Shown: positions 17,439 through 28,282, numbered from the stretch's first letter. The stretch: 64,000 nucleotides of DNA from Prolixibacteraceae bacterium (GCA_019459525.1 JAIBEY010000050.1:5588-69587), one strand, 5' to 3'. The notes: generated from the sequence alone by a model not told the origin. A program made the numbers and translations.

Positions 17439-18440
17439 ATGGAGATACAAGAGAATAAATATCAAAGTCTTATTGAGCAAATTGGTGGGTTATTGCAATC
17501 TGGCAGACAAAAAGCCATTCAATCTGTAAACACCATCCTGGTGCAAACCTATTGGCAAATAGGACGATATATTGTAGAATTCGAACAACATGGGAATGAA
17601 AGGGCTGAATATGGCTCACAGCTTTTCGAAAGACTATCAAAAGATTTAACAACTGCTTATGGCAAAGGGTTTGGTCGATCTAACCTTTTGTATATGAGAA
17701 AATTGTATCTATCCTTTCAAATAAGTGGGACACTGTCCCACAAATTGACATGGAGTCATTACTACGAGATTCTAAAGGCAGATTCAGAACTGGAAATTGG
17801 TTTTTACTCCAAACAATGCGAAAATGAAAATTGGAGTGTAAGGGAGTTGAAGCGCCAAATGAAAAGTTCATTGTTTGAGCGGATAGCTTTAAGTAAAGAC
17901 AAAGATGGTGTATTAAAATTATCTAAAAAGGGACATGTTGTCGAAGCGCCTGAAGATTTACTAAAAGACCCTTTTGTTTTAGAATTTCTGAACATTCCGG
18001 AACAGTATCAATACCAGGAAAACGAACTGGAAGAGCAAATCATTTCAAACCTTCAGCAATTTATAATGGAATTGGGTAAAGGTTTTGCCTTCATTGGCCG
18101 ACAATACCGCATGAGTTTAGGAGGAAAGCATTTTTATTTAGACCTTCTTTTTTACCATAGAATTTTAAAATGCTTTGTGCTGGTCGATTTGAAACGAGGC
18201 GAAATTGATCATCTGGACATTGGGCAAATGAATCTTTATCTCAATTATTTCAAAAAAGAAGAAGCTACCGAAGGCGACAATGAACCAATTGGTATTATTT
18301 TAGGTGCCCACAAGAATCATATTTTAGTAGAATATGCCACCGACAGCATTAGTAACAAAGTGCTTCTAAGCAAATACCAATTGTATTTACCCAATAAAGA
18401 ACAACTTCAGAAACAGCTATCAAAATTAATCGAAGACTAG
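17439..18440 (+). CDS. YhcG/DUF1016 family PD-(D/E)XK nuclease-like protein
   Basis: TYWQIGRYIV, LTWSHY, WSVREL, KDPFVLEFL, ELGKGFAFIGRQ, YLDLLFYHRILKCFVLVDLK and IGQMNLYLNY. Confidence 0.93.
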   Translation: MEIQENKYQSLIEQIGGLLQSGRQKAIQSVNTILVQTYWQIGRYIVEFEQHGNERAEYGSQLFERLSKDLTTAYGKGFGRSNLLYMRKLYLSFQISGTLSHKLTWSHYYEILKADSELEIGFYSKQCENENWSVRELKRQMKSSLFERIALSKDKDGVLKLSKKGHVVEAPEDLLKDPFVLEFLNIPEQYQYQENELEEQIISNLQQFIMELGKGFAFIGRQYRMSLGGKHFYLDLLFYHRILKCFVLVDLKRGEIDHLDIGQMNLYLNYFKKEEATEGDNEPIGIILGAHKNHILVEYATDSISNKVLLSKYQLYLPNKEQLQKQLSKLIED

Positions 18441-20852
18441 ATGTACAGTTTATTAAAAAAAGAAATTACCAGTTTTTTTGGATCGCTCACCGGATATGTG
18501 GTTGTTTTCGTTTTTTTGCTTACAACCAGTTTGTTCCTTTGGGTTTTCCCCGGAAATTACAATATTCCGGAAGGTGGATATGCTTCGCTGGACGGGTTGT
18601 TCTCGCTGGCACCGTGGGTTTACCTTTTTTTGGTTCCGGCCATCACCATGCGTTTGTTTGCTGAAGAAAAACGCCTCGGCACTATGGAGGTTTTGCTCAC
18701 CCGACCACTTTCCGTGCTTCAGATTGTTTTTGCCAAATACCTGGCCGGATTACTTTTGGTAAGCATTTCGTTGTTGCCAACTCTATTTTATTTCTATTCG
18801 GTATATGCATTGGGCAATCCGATAGGATGTATTGATACCGGCGGAACCTGGGGCGCTTTTATTGGTTTGTTTTTTCTGGCTGCTATTTATGTAGCTATTG
18901 GGGTGCTTGCTTCAGCTTTAACCGACAATCCGGTTTTCGCATTTATCCTGGCCTTATTTCTTTCGTTTCTGGCCTATCTTGGCTTCGATCTGATTGGTTC
19001 TATGGAACTTCCGTCCGGCATTCAGCAATTTATTATCGGCTTCGGAATCAATGAACATTACCAGTCGGTTAGCCGTGGGGTCATCGATTCCCGCGATCTT
19101 GTGTATTTTCTATCAGCTATATTTGCTTTTCTATTCCTGACCAGCCGGGTTATTCACTTTCACAAAATCAATTTCAGAAACGAAGTCCGGAAAGTTGTAC
19201 TTATGGTGGTGGCCTTGGTGGTGGCCGCAATAATTTCAGGACAACTCTTTTTCAGGCTCGATCTGACTGCAGAAAAAAGATATTCCATTACTGAAGTCTC
19301 GAAAAAAGTGGTGAAAAATCTGGAGAAACCGGTGAATATTACCCTTTATCTGGATGGGGAATTGAATACAGGGTTTCGGAAATTTCAGAAATCAATCATC
19401 GAAAAAATTGCCGATTACAACGCGTATTCGTCGCAACTGATCAATCTGACGATTTTTGACCCTTACGAAATTACTGATGCGAAACGGCGCGATGAACTTT
19501 TTTCAGAACTGATTGCCAAAGGGCTTCAGCCAGCCAATATTCGTCAGAATACAGACCAGGGCACTACCACCCGGCTAGTTTTTCCGGGAGCCCTGATAGC
19601 GTATGACGACAGACAAACAAGTGTCAACCTGCTGAAGAACAACCAGAATTTACATGCAGAAGTTAATCTGAACAACTCCATTGAAAGTCTGGAATATGAA
19701 TTTACTTCGGCCTTTGCAGACCTGATGAACGATGAAAAACAAGCGGTGGCATTTCTGGATGGACATGGAGAACTGAATAAATACGAAACCCACGATTTTA
19801 GCGGTGCTTTATCCGAAAAATATACCGTAAGCCGGGTTTTCGCCTCGCAGCTAAATTCGAAAGATTCGCTCTACAAAGTACTCATTGTAGCCAATCCCAC
19901 AAAGGCTTTTACCGAAAATGACAAGTTTTATATCGATCAGTATTTAATGAATGGCGGCCGGATGATGTGGCTGATTGATCCGGTTTCGGTGAGTCTCGAC
20001 AGTTTGAGTACCGGCTACACCACACTTGCTTTTCCGCGAAACCTGAACCTGGACGATCAGCTTTTCAGGTACGGAATCCGCCTGAATTACAATCTGGTGC
20101 AAGACGTGGAATGTTTGATGATTCCGGTAAATACGGCGCCGGCCGGATCGCCCTCCAAATTCACCCCGGCACCGTGGTATTATTCGCCACTGCTTGGCCC
20201 ATCGCAAAATCATGTGATCAGCCGGAACGTGAACCGCGTTAAAGCCGAATTTGTAAGTTCGATTGATACCGTTGGGAAAAGCGACAAGTTACAAAAAACA
20301 GTTATTCTGGGCACATCGAACTATTCGCTGACAGCACAAACGCCGCAAGAAATTAGCCTGGCGAGTGTAAATAATCCACCCGACCGCCGACTTTTTAAAC
20401 TGCCTTCGCAAGCCGTGGGAGTGCTGATTGAAGGAACTTTTACGTCGGTTTTTCAAAATCGGATGGTCGATTCGTTTGGGATGAAATCGTCGGAAGTGAA
20501 AGCAGAAAGCCAGCCAACCAAAATGATTGTATTCTCTGACGGAAACCTGATTGCCAATAAATACCGGATACGCAACGGCGTTCCCGAATTTCTGGAAATG
20601 GGCTACGATCAGTATTCCAAACAAACCTTTGGCAATGAGGAGCTTTTGATGAATGCAGTCAATTATCTGAGCAACGACGAAGGTTTGATGGAATTGCGTT
20701 CGCGTACGTTTACCATCCGTCTTCTGGATAAAGTCAGGATGAAAGAAGAAAAACTCAAATGGCAACTCATCAACGTTCTGGTGCCCTTGTTGTTAATTTC
20801 GGTTTTTGGCGCTGTTTATGTGTACCTTCGCCGGCGGAAATACAAATGCTGA
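18441..20852 (+). CDS. gldG: Fused gliding-motility ABC permease GldF + auxiliary component GldG
   Basis: The N-terminus MYSLLKKEITSFF...EEKRLGTMEVLLT is GldF-like. LDLTAEKRYS...GHGEL...NAVNYL...KWQLINVLVP is GldG-like. One continuous ORF. Confidence 0.88.
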   Translation: MYSLLKKEITSFFGSLTGYVVVFVFLLTTSLFLWVFPGNYNIPEGGYASLDGLFSLAPWVYLFLVPAITMRLFAEEKRLGTMEVLLTRPLSVLQIVFAKYLAGLLLVSISLLPTLFYFYSVYALGNPIGCIDTGGTWGAFIGLFFLAAIYVAIGVLASALTDNPVFAFILALFLSFLAYLGFDLIGSMELPSGIQQFIIGFGINEHYQSVSRGVIDSRDLVYFLSAIFAFLFLTSRVIHFHKINFRNEVRKVVLMVVALVVAAIISGQLFFRLDLTAEKRYSITEVSKKVVKNLEKPVNITLYLDGELNTGFRKFQKSIIEKIADYNAYSSQLINLTIFDPYEITDAKRRDELFSELIAKGLQPANIRQNTDQGTTTRLVFPGALIAYDDRQTSVNLLKNNQNLHAEVNLNNSIESLEYEFTSAFADLMNDEKQAVAFLDGHGELNKYETHDFSGALSEKYTVSRVFASQLNSKDSLYKVLIVANPTKAFTENDKFYIDQYLMNGGRMMWLIDPVSVSLDSLSTGYTTLAFPRNLNLDDQLFRYGIRLNYNLVQDVECLMIPVNTAPAGSPSKFTPAPWYYSPLLGPSQNHVISRNVNRVKAEFVSSIDTVGKSDKLQKTVILGTSNYSLTAQTPQEISLASVNNPPDRRLFKLPSQAVGVLIEGTFTSVFQNRMVDSFGMKSSEVKAESQPTKMIVFSDGNLIANKYRIRNGVPEFLEMGYDQYSKQTFGNEELLMNAVNYLSNDEGLMELRSRTFTIRLLDKVRMKEEKLKWQLINVLVPLLLISVFGAVYVYLRRRKYKC

Positions 20853-21096
20853 TTTATCTGCATTCCCAACCATTTATTGACTAAGCATTCAGCCGGTTAT
20901 AAATATACCGGATCGTACTCAAAGGTGGCATTCCACCTGTTTATTTACTGATATAGAACCTGTTCGTTTCTTTTGAATAAAATATTCGTTCTTCAATAGG
21001 TTAAAAATGCCAAAGTTTGTATATTCGTGTGCTTCCCGATGATTTTCGATGGAGGTGATTTTAAGGCAAATAAGTAAAACTCTAAAAAAATATCAA

Positions 21097-22227
21097 ATGA
21101 AATTTGTTGTTTCAAGTACCGAATTGCTCAGCCATCTTTCTGCTATCAGTAAAGTGATCAATTCAAAAAATACGCTTCCGATTCTGGATAACTATTTGTT
21201 TTTGCTGGAAGAAAATTTACTCACGGTTACGGCTTCCGACCTGGAATCAACTTTAATTACAAGCATTGAACTCGATAACACCAACGGCACCGGAACAATT
21301 GCGGTTCCGGCCAAACTGATGAATGAAACGCTGAAGGAATTTCCGGAGCAGCCCTTAACTTTCCAGATAGATCCTGAAACTTTTGCCATTGACATCTTTT
21401 CGCAAAATGGTAAATTCAGTATTGTTGGCCAGAATGGTGAAGATTTTCCGCAGCAGCCCATGTTAAACGAAGCGCTTGCTTCAACGATCAATGTTAATCA
21501 CAGCGTTTTACTTAGCGGGATCAACAAAACGCTTTTCGCCACCGCCGACGATGAACTTCGCCCGGTGATGAACGGTATTTTTATTGAATTGACCACCGAA
21601 GACATGAAGTTCGTTGCTTCTGATGCTCACAAGCTGGTTCGTTACAAACGTTTCGATGCCAAAGCCGAAAAAGATGCTTCGTTTATTCTTCCGAAGAAAC
21701 CTGCAGCATTGCTTAAAAGCTTGCTCCCCAAAGAAGAATTTGATGTTAAATTAGAGTTCGACGATAAAAATGCCTTTTTCACTTTAAGTAATTTCAAACT
21801 GATTTGCCGTTTGGTTGAAGGAAATTACCCAAGCTACAATTCTGTTATTCCGCAAAACAACCCCAATAAACTGATTATCGACCGCGTTGAATTTTACAAT
21901 ACGGTTCGTCGTGTTTCGGTATTCTCGAACCAGGCAAGCAACTTAGTTCGGCTAAAACTAGCTGAAAATCAACTGGTTGTTTCTGCACAGGATATTGACT
22001 TCTCAATTTCGGCTGTTGAGCGTTTAAATTGCCAATACGAAGGCGACGATATGGAAATCGGGTTCAAATCAACCTTCCTTCAGGAAATATTGTCAAACCT
22101 ATCGGCAACCGACGTAAAAGTTGAACTTTCAGACCCGACACGCGCCGGTTTGCTTTTGCCTGCCGACAATGAGAATGAAGAAGAAAATGTATTGATGCTT
22201 TTAATGCCAATGAAGATAAACGCCTGA
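21097..22227 (+). CDS. dnaN: DNA polymerase III beta subunit (sliding clamp)
   Basis: NTLPILDN, TASDLE, DELRPVMNG, ASDAHKL, RLVEGNYP and LLMPM. Confidence 0.97.
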   Translation: MKFVVSSTELLSHLSAISKVINSKNTLPILDNYLFLLEENLLTVTASDLESTLITSIELDNTNGTGTIAVPAKLMNETLKEFPEQPLTFQIDPETFAIDIFSQNGKFSIVGQNGEDFPQQPMLNEALASTINVNHSVLLSGINKTLFATADDELRPVMNGIFIELTTEDMKFVASDAHKLVRYKRFDAKAEKDASFILPKKPAALLKSLLPKEEFDVKLEFDDKNAFFTLSNFKLICRLVEGNYPSYNSVIPQNNPNKLIIDRVEFYNTVRRVSVFSNQASNLVRLKLAENQLVVSAQDIDFSISAVERLNCQYEGDDMEIGFKSTFLQEILSNLSATDVKVELSDPTRAGLLLPADNENEEENVLMLLMPMKINA

Positions 22228-22250
22228 TAAATAACACGAAATAGCATATA

Positions 22251-22283
22251 AAAACCTAACAGATTCGCCCTGTTAGGTTTTTT
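22251..22283 (+). terminator. Intrinsic terminator after dnaN
   Basis: AAAACCTAACAG-loop-CTGTTAGGTTTTTT. Confidence 0.75.
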
Positions 22284-22316
22284 ACTTTTAGTAGAAACAA
22301 TGTCTAAATCATAACC

Positions 22317-23117
22317 ATGAATTTGAATTTAAAGAATCCGTTGATTTTTCTCGACCTGGAAACAACCGGGATGAATATTGTAACCGACCGCATTGTAGAA
22401 ATTGCACTGATAAAAGTATATCCCGACGGAAGAGAAGAAGAAAGGCAGTACCGCATCAATCCGGAAATGCCTATTCCGGAGCATGTAAGCAAAATTCATG
22501 GCATTTACGAAGAGGATATAAAAGATAAACCAACATTTAAGGAAGTAGCCAAAACCATAGCCCAATTTATGGAAGGCTGCGATTTTGCCGGGTTCAACTC
22601 CAACCGGTTTGACATTCCGCTGTTGGCCGAAGAATTTTTGCGTGCCGATGTTGATCTGGATCTAAAGAAACGTAAATTCATCGATGTTCAGGCCATCTTT
22701 CACAAAATGGAAAAGCGCACCCTGGCCGCTGCGTATAAATTCTATTGCCAGAAACCGCTGGAAGATGCGCACAGCGCCATGGCTGACACCAAAGCTACCT
22801 ACGAAGTACTGAAAGCTCAGCTCGACGTGTATAAAGATGAAGAATATGACGATGGCCACGGTAAAACATCGAAACCCATTGTGAATGACGTTCAGGCCCT
22901 GAGCGAATTTTCGGCTTACGACACCAATGTTGATTTTGTTGGCCGAATTGTTTACGACGAAAATGGCGTTGAAATCATTAACTTCGGGAAAAACAAAGGT
23001 ATTCCGGTGGAGAAAGTTTTGCGCGAACAACCCGGTTATTACGGATGGATCCTGAACAGCGAATTCCCGCTATATACCAAAAAAGTGCTGACTGCGATAA
23101 AATTGAGAATGAAATAA
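22317..23117 (+). CDS. DEDDh 3'-5' exonuclease (DnaQ-like)
   Basis: FLDLETTG, GFNSNRFD and AHSAMADTKAT. Confidence 0.93.
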   Translation: MNLNLKNPLIFLDLETTGMNIVTDRIVEIALIKVYPDGREEERQYRINPEMPIPEHVSKIHGIYEEDIKDKPTFKEVAKTIAQFMEGCDFAGFNSNRFDIPLLAEEFLRADVDLDLKKRKFIDVQAIFHKMEKRTLAAAYKFYCQKPLEDAHSAMADTKATYEVLKAQLDVYKDEEYDDGHGKTSKPIVNDVQALSEFSAYDTNVDFVGRIVYDENGVEIINFGKNKGIPVEKVLREQPGYYGWILNSEFPLYTKKVLTAIKLRMK

Positions 23118-23126
23118 ACATTGATT

Positions 23127-23154
23127 GTAGAGACTCGATTAATCGCGTCTCCAC
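23127..23154. repeat. REP-like palindrome, second copy of 582-609 (2 mismatches)
   Basis: GTAGAGACTCGATTAATCGCGTCTCCAC. Confidence 0.85.
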
Positions 23155-23167
23155 CTAAAAGAAAAAC

Positions 23168-23782
23168 ATGAAAATAATTTGTGTTGGCCGTAATTACGTA
23201 GCCCATGCCAAAGAACTGAATAACGAAGTTCCTACAGAACCGGTTCTGTTTATGAAACCTGATTCGGCACTGCTCCGCAACAACGATCCGTTTTACATTC
23301 CCGATTGGTCAAACGAAATCCATTACGAATGTGAGATTATTGTCAGGATTAATCGACTTGGAAAAAATATTGAAAAGAAATTTGCACATCGTTACTACAA
23401 CGAAATTGGTTTGGGAATCGATTTTACTGCCCGCGATGTACAGAATAAACTGAAAGACAAAGGATTACCCTGGGAAATATCGAAAGCTTTCGACCATTCA
23501 GCAGTTATTTGCACGGAATTTACTTCCATTGATGCCCTACCCGACCGCAATTCCATTCACTTCAGGCTCGATAAAAACGGGACCACTGTTCAGGAAGGCG
23601 ATTCTTCGCTGATGATTTTTCCGATCGATGACACCATCACCCATGTTTCGAAATACTTCACCTTAAAAATTGGCGACCTTATTTATACCGGTACGCCGGC
23701 AGGCGTTGGACCGGTGCAGGTTGGCGATCGTTTGGAGGGTTATCTCGAAGGTCAAAAAAAATTCGATTTTCGGGTAAAATAA
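23168..23782 (+). CDS. Fumarylacetoacetate hydrolase family protein
   Basis: IICVGRNYVAHAKEL, FMKP, HYECE, DFTARD and TGTPAGVG. Confidence 0.95.
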   Translation: MKIICVGRNYVAHAKELNNEVPTEPVLFMKPDSALLRNNDPFYIPDWSNEIHYECEIIVRINRLGKNIEKKFAHRYYNEIGLGIDFTARDVQNKLKDKGLPWEISKAFDHSAVICTEFTSIDALPDRNSIHFRLDKNGTTVQEGDSSLMIFPIDDTITHVSKYFTLKIGDLIYTGTPAGVGPVQVGDRLEGYLEGQKKFDFRVK

Positions 23783-23930
23783 ACTCGGTTACGCGCTGTT
23801 TCCGGCAGGTTAATGACAAGATTCTTTACGTTTCAGTGAATTAAATTTCAGTATAAAGCAAATAAAAAGTTACTTTTGTCACCGAATAGCTTAGCTATCA
23901 AGTTATTTTAACCTGTAACCAACACCAACT

Positions 23931-25154
23931 ATGAGAAACAAGAAAGGACTCTTGATTGCAGTTCTGTTATTGTCGGCTGTCATTATTTTCCTCCTCTTTT
24001 TTCGGAAATCCGGAATACCTTCATTCTTTACTTCTGATATACAGAAAGATAATATTTCTGTAGTGGATCGCGGACAAGTGTATATTCCGATCGACGCTAT
24101 TGGCATTGTTGAGCCTGAAAATGAGGTGATTATACTGAGTCCATTGAATACCATTGTCAGGAAAATAAATAAAGAACCGGGAAGCCGTGTTAAGCAGGGC
24201 GAAGTTATTATTGAACTCGACGACAAGCCAACCCGCGACGAAATAGAGCAAATATCCGATCAGTTGGAAGTAAAGTCGAACTCGCTGGAAAGGTCGAAAC
24301 TGGAAGGACAAATGGCCCGAATTGACCTGGATTACAATCTGGAAGTTAAGAAACTAAGAATAGCTTCGATTAAAGCGCAATTGGCCGACGAAGAACAACT
24401 CCTGAGTGTTGGCGGTATTTCGTCAGCTAAAATCGACGAAACCAAACAAAATCTGGTATTGGCAGAAAAAGACCTGGCCATGGTTCAGAAAAAAAATGCT
24501 ATTCGGTTAAAACAAATGAAAACCGAGGAAACCGGGCTAAATCTACAAATCGGAATTCAGCAAAAACAACTGGCCGATAAAATGGAGATGCTTGGTAAAT
24601 TGAATATTAAAGCCCCGTCAGACGGTATCATTCTCTCCATTTCAGGGAAAGAAGGCGAAAAGGTTGGAAACGATAAAATGCTGATAACCCTGTCGGATCT
24701 CACCACTTTCAAAATCAAAGGATTGATAGAAGAAAAGTTCTCGGAATTCGTAAAAACTGGAAACCCGGTTTTTATTTTCGCCGAGAATGAGAAATTGATT
24801 GGCACCATCGGGAATGTAACCCCAACGGTTGCCGATAATAAAATACACTTTAACATTCATCTCGAAAACAGCTCAAATTCGAAATTAATCCCGAATCAAA
24901 CCGTTAAGCTGCAGGTTTTAAAATCAATAAAAAACGAAGTAATCCGGATTTCGGCCAACAACGATTTCAAAGCCAATTCAGAACAAACCGTATATGTGCT
25001 CGACTCGGGCAACGTGATACCCCGCACAGTGATGTTTGGTGTTAAAGGATCAGAATATCAGGAAGTCATCTCCGGATTAAACGAAGGCGAAAAAGTAATT
25101 TTATCGGATTCACCATTTTCGGGAAAACCGAAAAAAGCAGAAAAGCAAAACTAG
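23931..25154 (+). CDS. Efflux periplasmic adaptor (HlyD/MFP family)
   Basis: N-terminal TM, PGSRVKQGEVI lipoyl half, coiled coil, IKAPSDGII and ISGLNEGEKVI. Confidence 0.88.
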   Translation: MRNKKGLLIAVLLLSAVIIFLLFFRKSGIPSFFTSDIQKDNISVVDRGQVYIPIDAIGIVEPENEVIILSPLNTIVRKINKEPGSRVKQGEVIIELDDKPTRDEIEQISDQLEVKSNSLERSKLEGQMARIDLDYNLEVKKLRIASIKAQLADEEQLLSVGGISSAKIDETKQNLVLAEKDLAMVQKKNAIRLKQMKTEETGLNLQIGIQQKQLADKMEMLGKLNIKAPSDGIILSISGKEGEKVGNDKMLITLSDLTTFKIKGLIEEKFSEFVKTGNPVFIFAENEKLIGTIGNVTPTVADNKIHFNIHLENSSNSKLIPNQTVKLQVLKSIKNEVIRISANNDFKANSEQTVYVLDSGNVIPRTVMFGVKGSEYQEVISGLNEGEKVILSDSPFSGKPKKAEKQN

Positions 25155-26654
25155 ATGAAACGGAAAATTAAAACTGTAATCCCGACCGGACTCATCGTTT
25201 GTTTTATCCTGATTTCAGGTTTAAAATCCAGCGCTCAGGATACATTAAAATATAGTCTCGATCTTCAGGATGTGGTTTCGCTGGCCATTGAGCAATCGCC
25301 GGCGGTAAAATATACCCAAAACCGGAATGTTAATTATTATTGGCGCTGGAAAAATTTCAAAACGCGGTACCGGCCCAAACTTGTGCTTTCAGGGAACCTG
25401 CCCGATTATACCAAATCAACTGTAGGAGTTACCCAGCCCGACGGAAGCCTCGCATTTAAGCAGGTTACCAATTTATCCACTTCGGCCCAATTAGCCTTAA
25501 ATCAGTCTATTCCGCTAACCGGAACGTATGTATATGCGTCAACCTCGGCGTACCGGTTTCAGGATTACAATAAAAATACGGTCAGTTTCTCCGGAAACCC
25601 ATTCTCCGTTGGATTTACTCAACCCATTTTTGCCATTAACTGGATGAAATGGTCGCAAAAAACCGAGCCGCTGGTCTATGACGAAGCCCAAAAAGATTTC
25701 ATTGAATCCATCGAAGAAATCTCGCTGAACACGGTGTATAAATTTTTCAGGTATTTAATGGTGCAAACCAATTACAAGCTGGCCGAAAGCAACCTGAAAA
25801 ACAGCAGCAACAACCTGAAAATTGCTCAAATGAAAAAAGAACTTGGTAAAATTTCGGAAAACAATTTTGCCCGGAACGAACTGGCGGTACTGAATGCACA
25901 AAAAGCGCTCAATCAGGCGAGTATGGATTTAAAGAATGCCGATTTTGAGTTAAAATCGTACATCGGGCTTGCCCAACACCAGAAAATAGAATTACAAATG
26001 CCACTTAATATTACCCTGTACGAAATAGATCAGGAACGGGCATTGGAAGAAGCAAGAAAAAATAGAAAAGAAGGATCGGAATATAAAAGGCGTTTGATTG
26101 AAGCAGACCGCGATTTGCTGAATGCTAAGCGTAGCACCGGTTTAAGCGCCACTCTCCAGGGTAGCTACGGACTGTCGAACAGTGCCGAATCGATGGCTGG
26201 AATATACCAGCAACCCGAACGCCAACAAACAGTAAGACTAGCTTTAAGTATCCCAATTTTAGATTGGGGGCAGTCGGCCTCTTCAGTAAAACTAGCTGAG
26301 TCTCAGCGCGACCTGGTACTATACGATGTTGATAAAGATCGTGAAGATTTTGAGCGAAGTGTAATTGTACAGGTCGAACAGTTTGGCCTGATGAAAGATC
26401 AGTTGATGACTGCCCGTGAAGCCGATAAAGTTTCGGAAAGCGGTTACCAGATTGCATTGAAGCAGTTTCAAAATGGCGAGATTACCATTACCGACCTCAA
26501 TATTGCCCTTTCGGAACGCGAAAATGCCACCCGCGATTATATCCGATCGCTACAGACGTATTGGGAGGCCTATTACCGATTACGCATTTTAACCCTTTAC
26601 GATTTCGAGAATAACGCGAAAATCAGCTATGTAAATCCGATGGGCGAAAACTAG
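25155..26654 (+). CDS. TolC family outer-membrane efflux protein
   Basis: Signal peptide, LSIPILDWG, and FQNGEITITDLN OEP repeats. Confidence 0.9.
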   Translation: MKRKIKTVIPTGLIVCFILISGLKSSAQDTLKYSLDLQDVVSLAIEQSPAVKYTQNRNVNYYWRWKNFKTRYRPKLVLSGNLPDYTKSTVGVTQPDGSLAFKQVTNLSTSAQLALNQSIPLTGTYVYASTSAYRFQDYNKNTVSFSGNPFSVGFTQPIFAINWMKWSQKTEPLVYDEAQKDFIESIEEISLNTVYKFFRYLMVQTNYKLAESNLKNSSNNLKIAQMKKELGKISENNFARNELAVLNAQKALNQASMDLKNADFELKSYIGLAQHQKIELQMPLNITLYEIDQERALEEARKNRKEGSEYKRRLIEADRDLLNAKRSTGLSATLQGSYGLSNSAESMAGIYQQPERQQTVRLALSIPILDWGQSASSVKLAESQRDLVLYDVDKDREDFERSVIVQVEQFGLMKDQLMTAREADKVSESGYQIALKQFQNGEITITDLNIALSERENATRDYIRSLQTYWEAYYRLRILTLYDFENNAKISYVNPMGEN

Positions 26655-26673
26655 ATTTTTTTGATCTCTTAAT

Positions 26674-26713
26674 TAAGACCTGTTTTGAAGACTCAAAGCA
26701 GGTCTTATTTTTT
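26674..26713 (+). terminator. Intrinsic terminator after tolC-like gene
   Basis: TAAGACCTG...CAGGTCTTA followed by a T-tract. Confidence 0.7.
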
Positions 26714-26991
26714 TGCCCACCTCCTATTCAAACAAAACAACAGCTATTTATCAACCAATTAGAACCAAATTTCAATTAAATTCAGCGTACATTTTACCTG
26801 GCTCAGACTTTATTCATCACTAAAAATCTGTTCGATAAAGTCGAGTACACCTCATTCCAAACAGATCAATTGTTAAAAAGTGTAATTTTTTATAAATTTT
26901 AATTAAGAAAACATTAAAACTTCATAAAATATTTTAATAACTTTACGCAAGATTTTTATATCATTGATTTAGTTTAATAATAAATTGAATA

Positions 26992-28233
26992 ATGAGTCAA
27001 ATTGAACATGTAGATACCAGAGATATATCTGCTTCTGAGTTGAATAAAATCAAACAGAAGAAAAGAATTCTGAGCCTGCTGCACATGCACGGAAATATCT
27101 CTGCCCCCGAACTTAGCAAATGGCTTAGAATAAGTTTACCCACCTGCATTGCCTTAATGAATGACCTGATTGCTTCCGGATATGTAAAAAATATTGGGAT
27201 TGGCGAGTCAAGCGGCGGAAGAAAACCGAATCTCTACGGCCTGCCCGAAGATGGATTTTATGTGATTTCATGCGACTTTTCGCGCTACTATGCCAGCATG
27301 ACCATTTGCGACTGCTACAATAAATTTGTTACTCCAATTATTAAAATTGACACCCATATTGATGATCCGGAACTTGTTGAAAAATTGTTTCGGGCAGCTC
27401 AAAAACTACAGGAAGAAAATGGTATTCCGAATGAAAAAATTTACGGAGTAGGTGTGGACATGCCTGGGTTAATTGATTCCAAAGCTGGAATCAACTTCAC
27501 CATTAAAGATAAAAAATACCAGAACATTAGCCGGGACCTGAAAAAAAGGTTCAATAAACTGATTTATATCGACAACGATGCCCGGATGCACGCTTATGGC
27601 GAGTTTCATTTTGGAGCTGCCAAAGAATATAGAGACGCTATAATTATTCACTGGAGCTGGGGGCTTGGCCTTGGAATTTTTGTAAACGGACAACTTTACA
27701 GTGGTAACAATGGGTTTGCCGGAGAGTTCTCTCATATCCCGATGATTGAAAACGGGGATCTTTGCATTTGCGGTAAACGCGGATGTCTCGAAACCATAGC
27801 CTCCTCGAACACGATTATGAAGCGGGTTGCACAGGGATTCGAAGAAAATGAAATTTCCTCTTTAATTAACAAGTTTAAAGATCGCCCCGATCAGGTTACG
27901 CCTGAAGATGTGATTAGTTCAGCCCGCCAGGGCGATGAATTTTGTATCTCGATATTAAACGAAGTCGGGAAAGCTATGGGGAGAGGTCTTTCGTATATCA
28001 TTCAGTTATTAAATCCTCAGGTTATTGTACTTAGCGGCCCAATTTCAAAAGCGCGCCAATATGTGCTTTCGCCTGTTCAACAATCGCTAAACCGGTTGTG
28101 TCTGGAAAAAATTTCAGGGAACACAATTATTATTGTTTCCGACTTGGGCGATCAGTCGGCCTTACTTGGAACTTCCGAAATGGTTTTTCAGAAAGTGTTT
28201 ACAGAAATGAATTTTGAAGGACTAGCTCTATAA
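26992..28233 (+). CDS. ROK family transcriptional repressor
   Basis: N-terminal HTH with GESSGGRKP, IDNDA, GFAGEFSH and CICGKRGCLET. Confidence 0.95.
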   Translation: MSQIEHVDTRDISASELNKIKQKKRILSLLHMHGNISAPELSKWLRISLPTCIALMNDLIASGYVKNIGIGESSGGRKPNLYGLPEDGFYVISCDFSRYYASMTICDCYNKFVTPIIKIDTHIDDPELVEKLFRAAQKLQEENGIPNEKIYGVGVDMPGLIDSKAGINFTIKDKKYQNISRDLKKRFNKLIYIDNDARMHAYGEFHFGAAKEYRDAIIIHWSWGLGLGIFVNGQLYSGNNGFAGEFSHIPMIENGDLCICGKRGCLETIASSNTIMKRVAQGFEENEISSLINKFKDRPDQVTPEDVISSARQGDEFCISILNEVGKAMGRGLSYIIQLLNPQVIVLSGPISKARQYVLSPVQQSLNRLCLEKISGNTIIIVSDLGDQSALLGTSEMVFQKVFTEMNFEGLAL

Positions 28234-28282
28234 ATAAATTGAAGTGTGATTATTACTTATTATTTAATTTAAATTAAAACTT

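Noticed and set aside
20853-21096. Replication origin upstream of dnaN
   Set aside because: No cluster of DnaA boxes (TTATCCACA-like) was seen, and dnaA is not adjacent.
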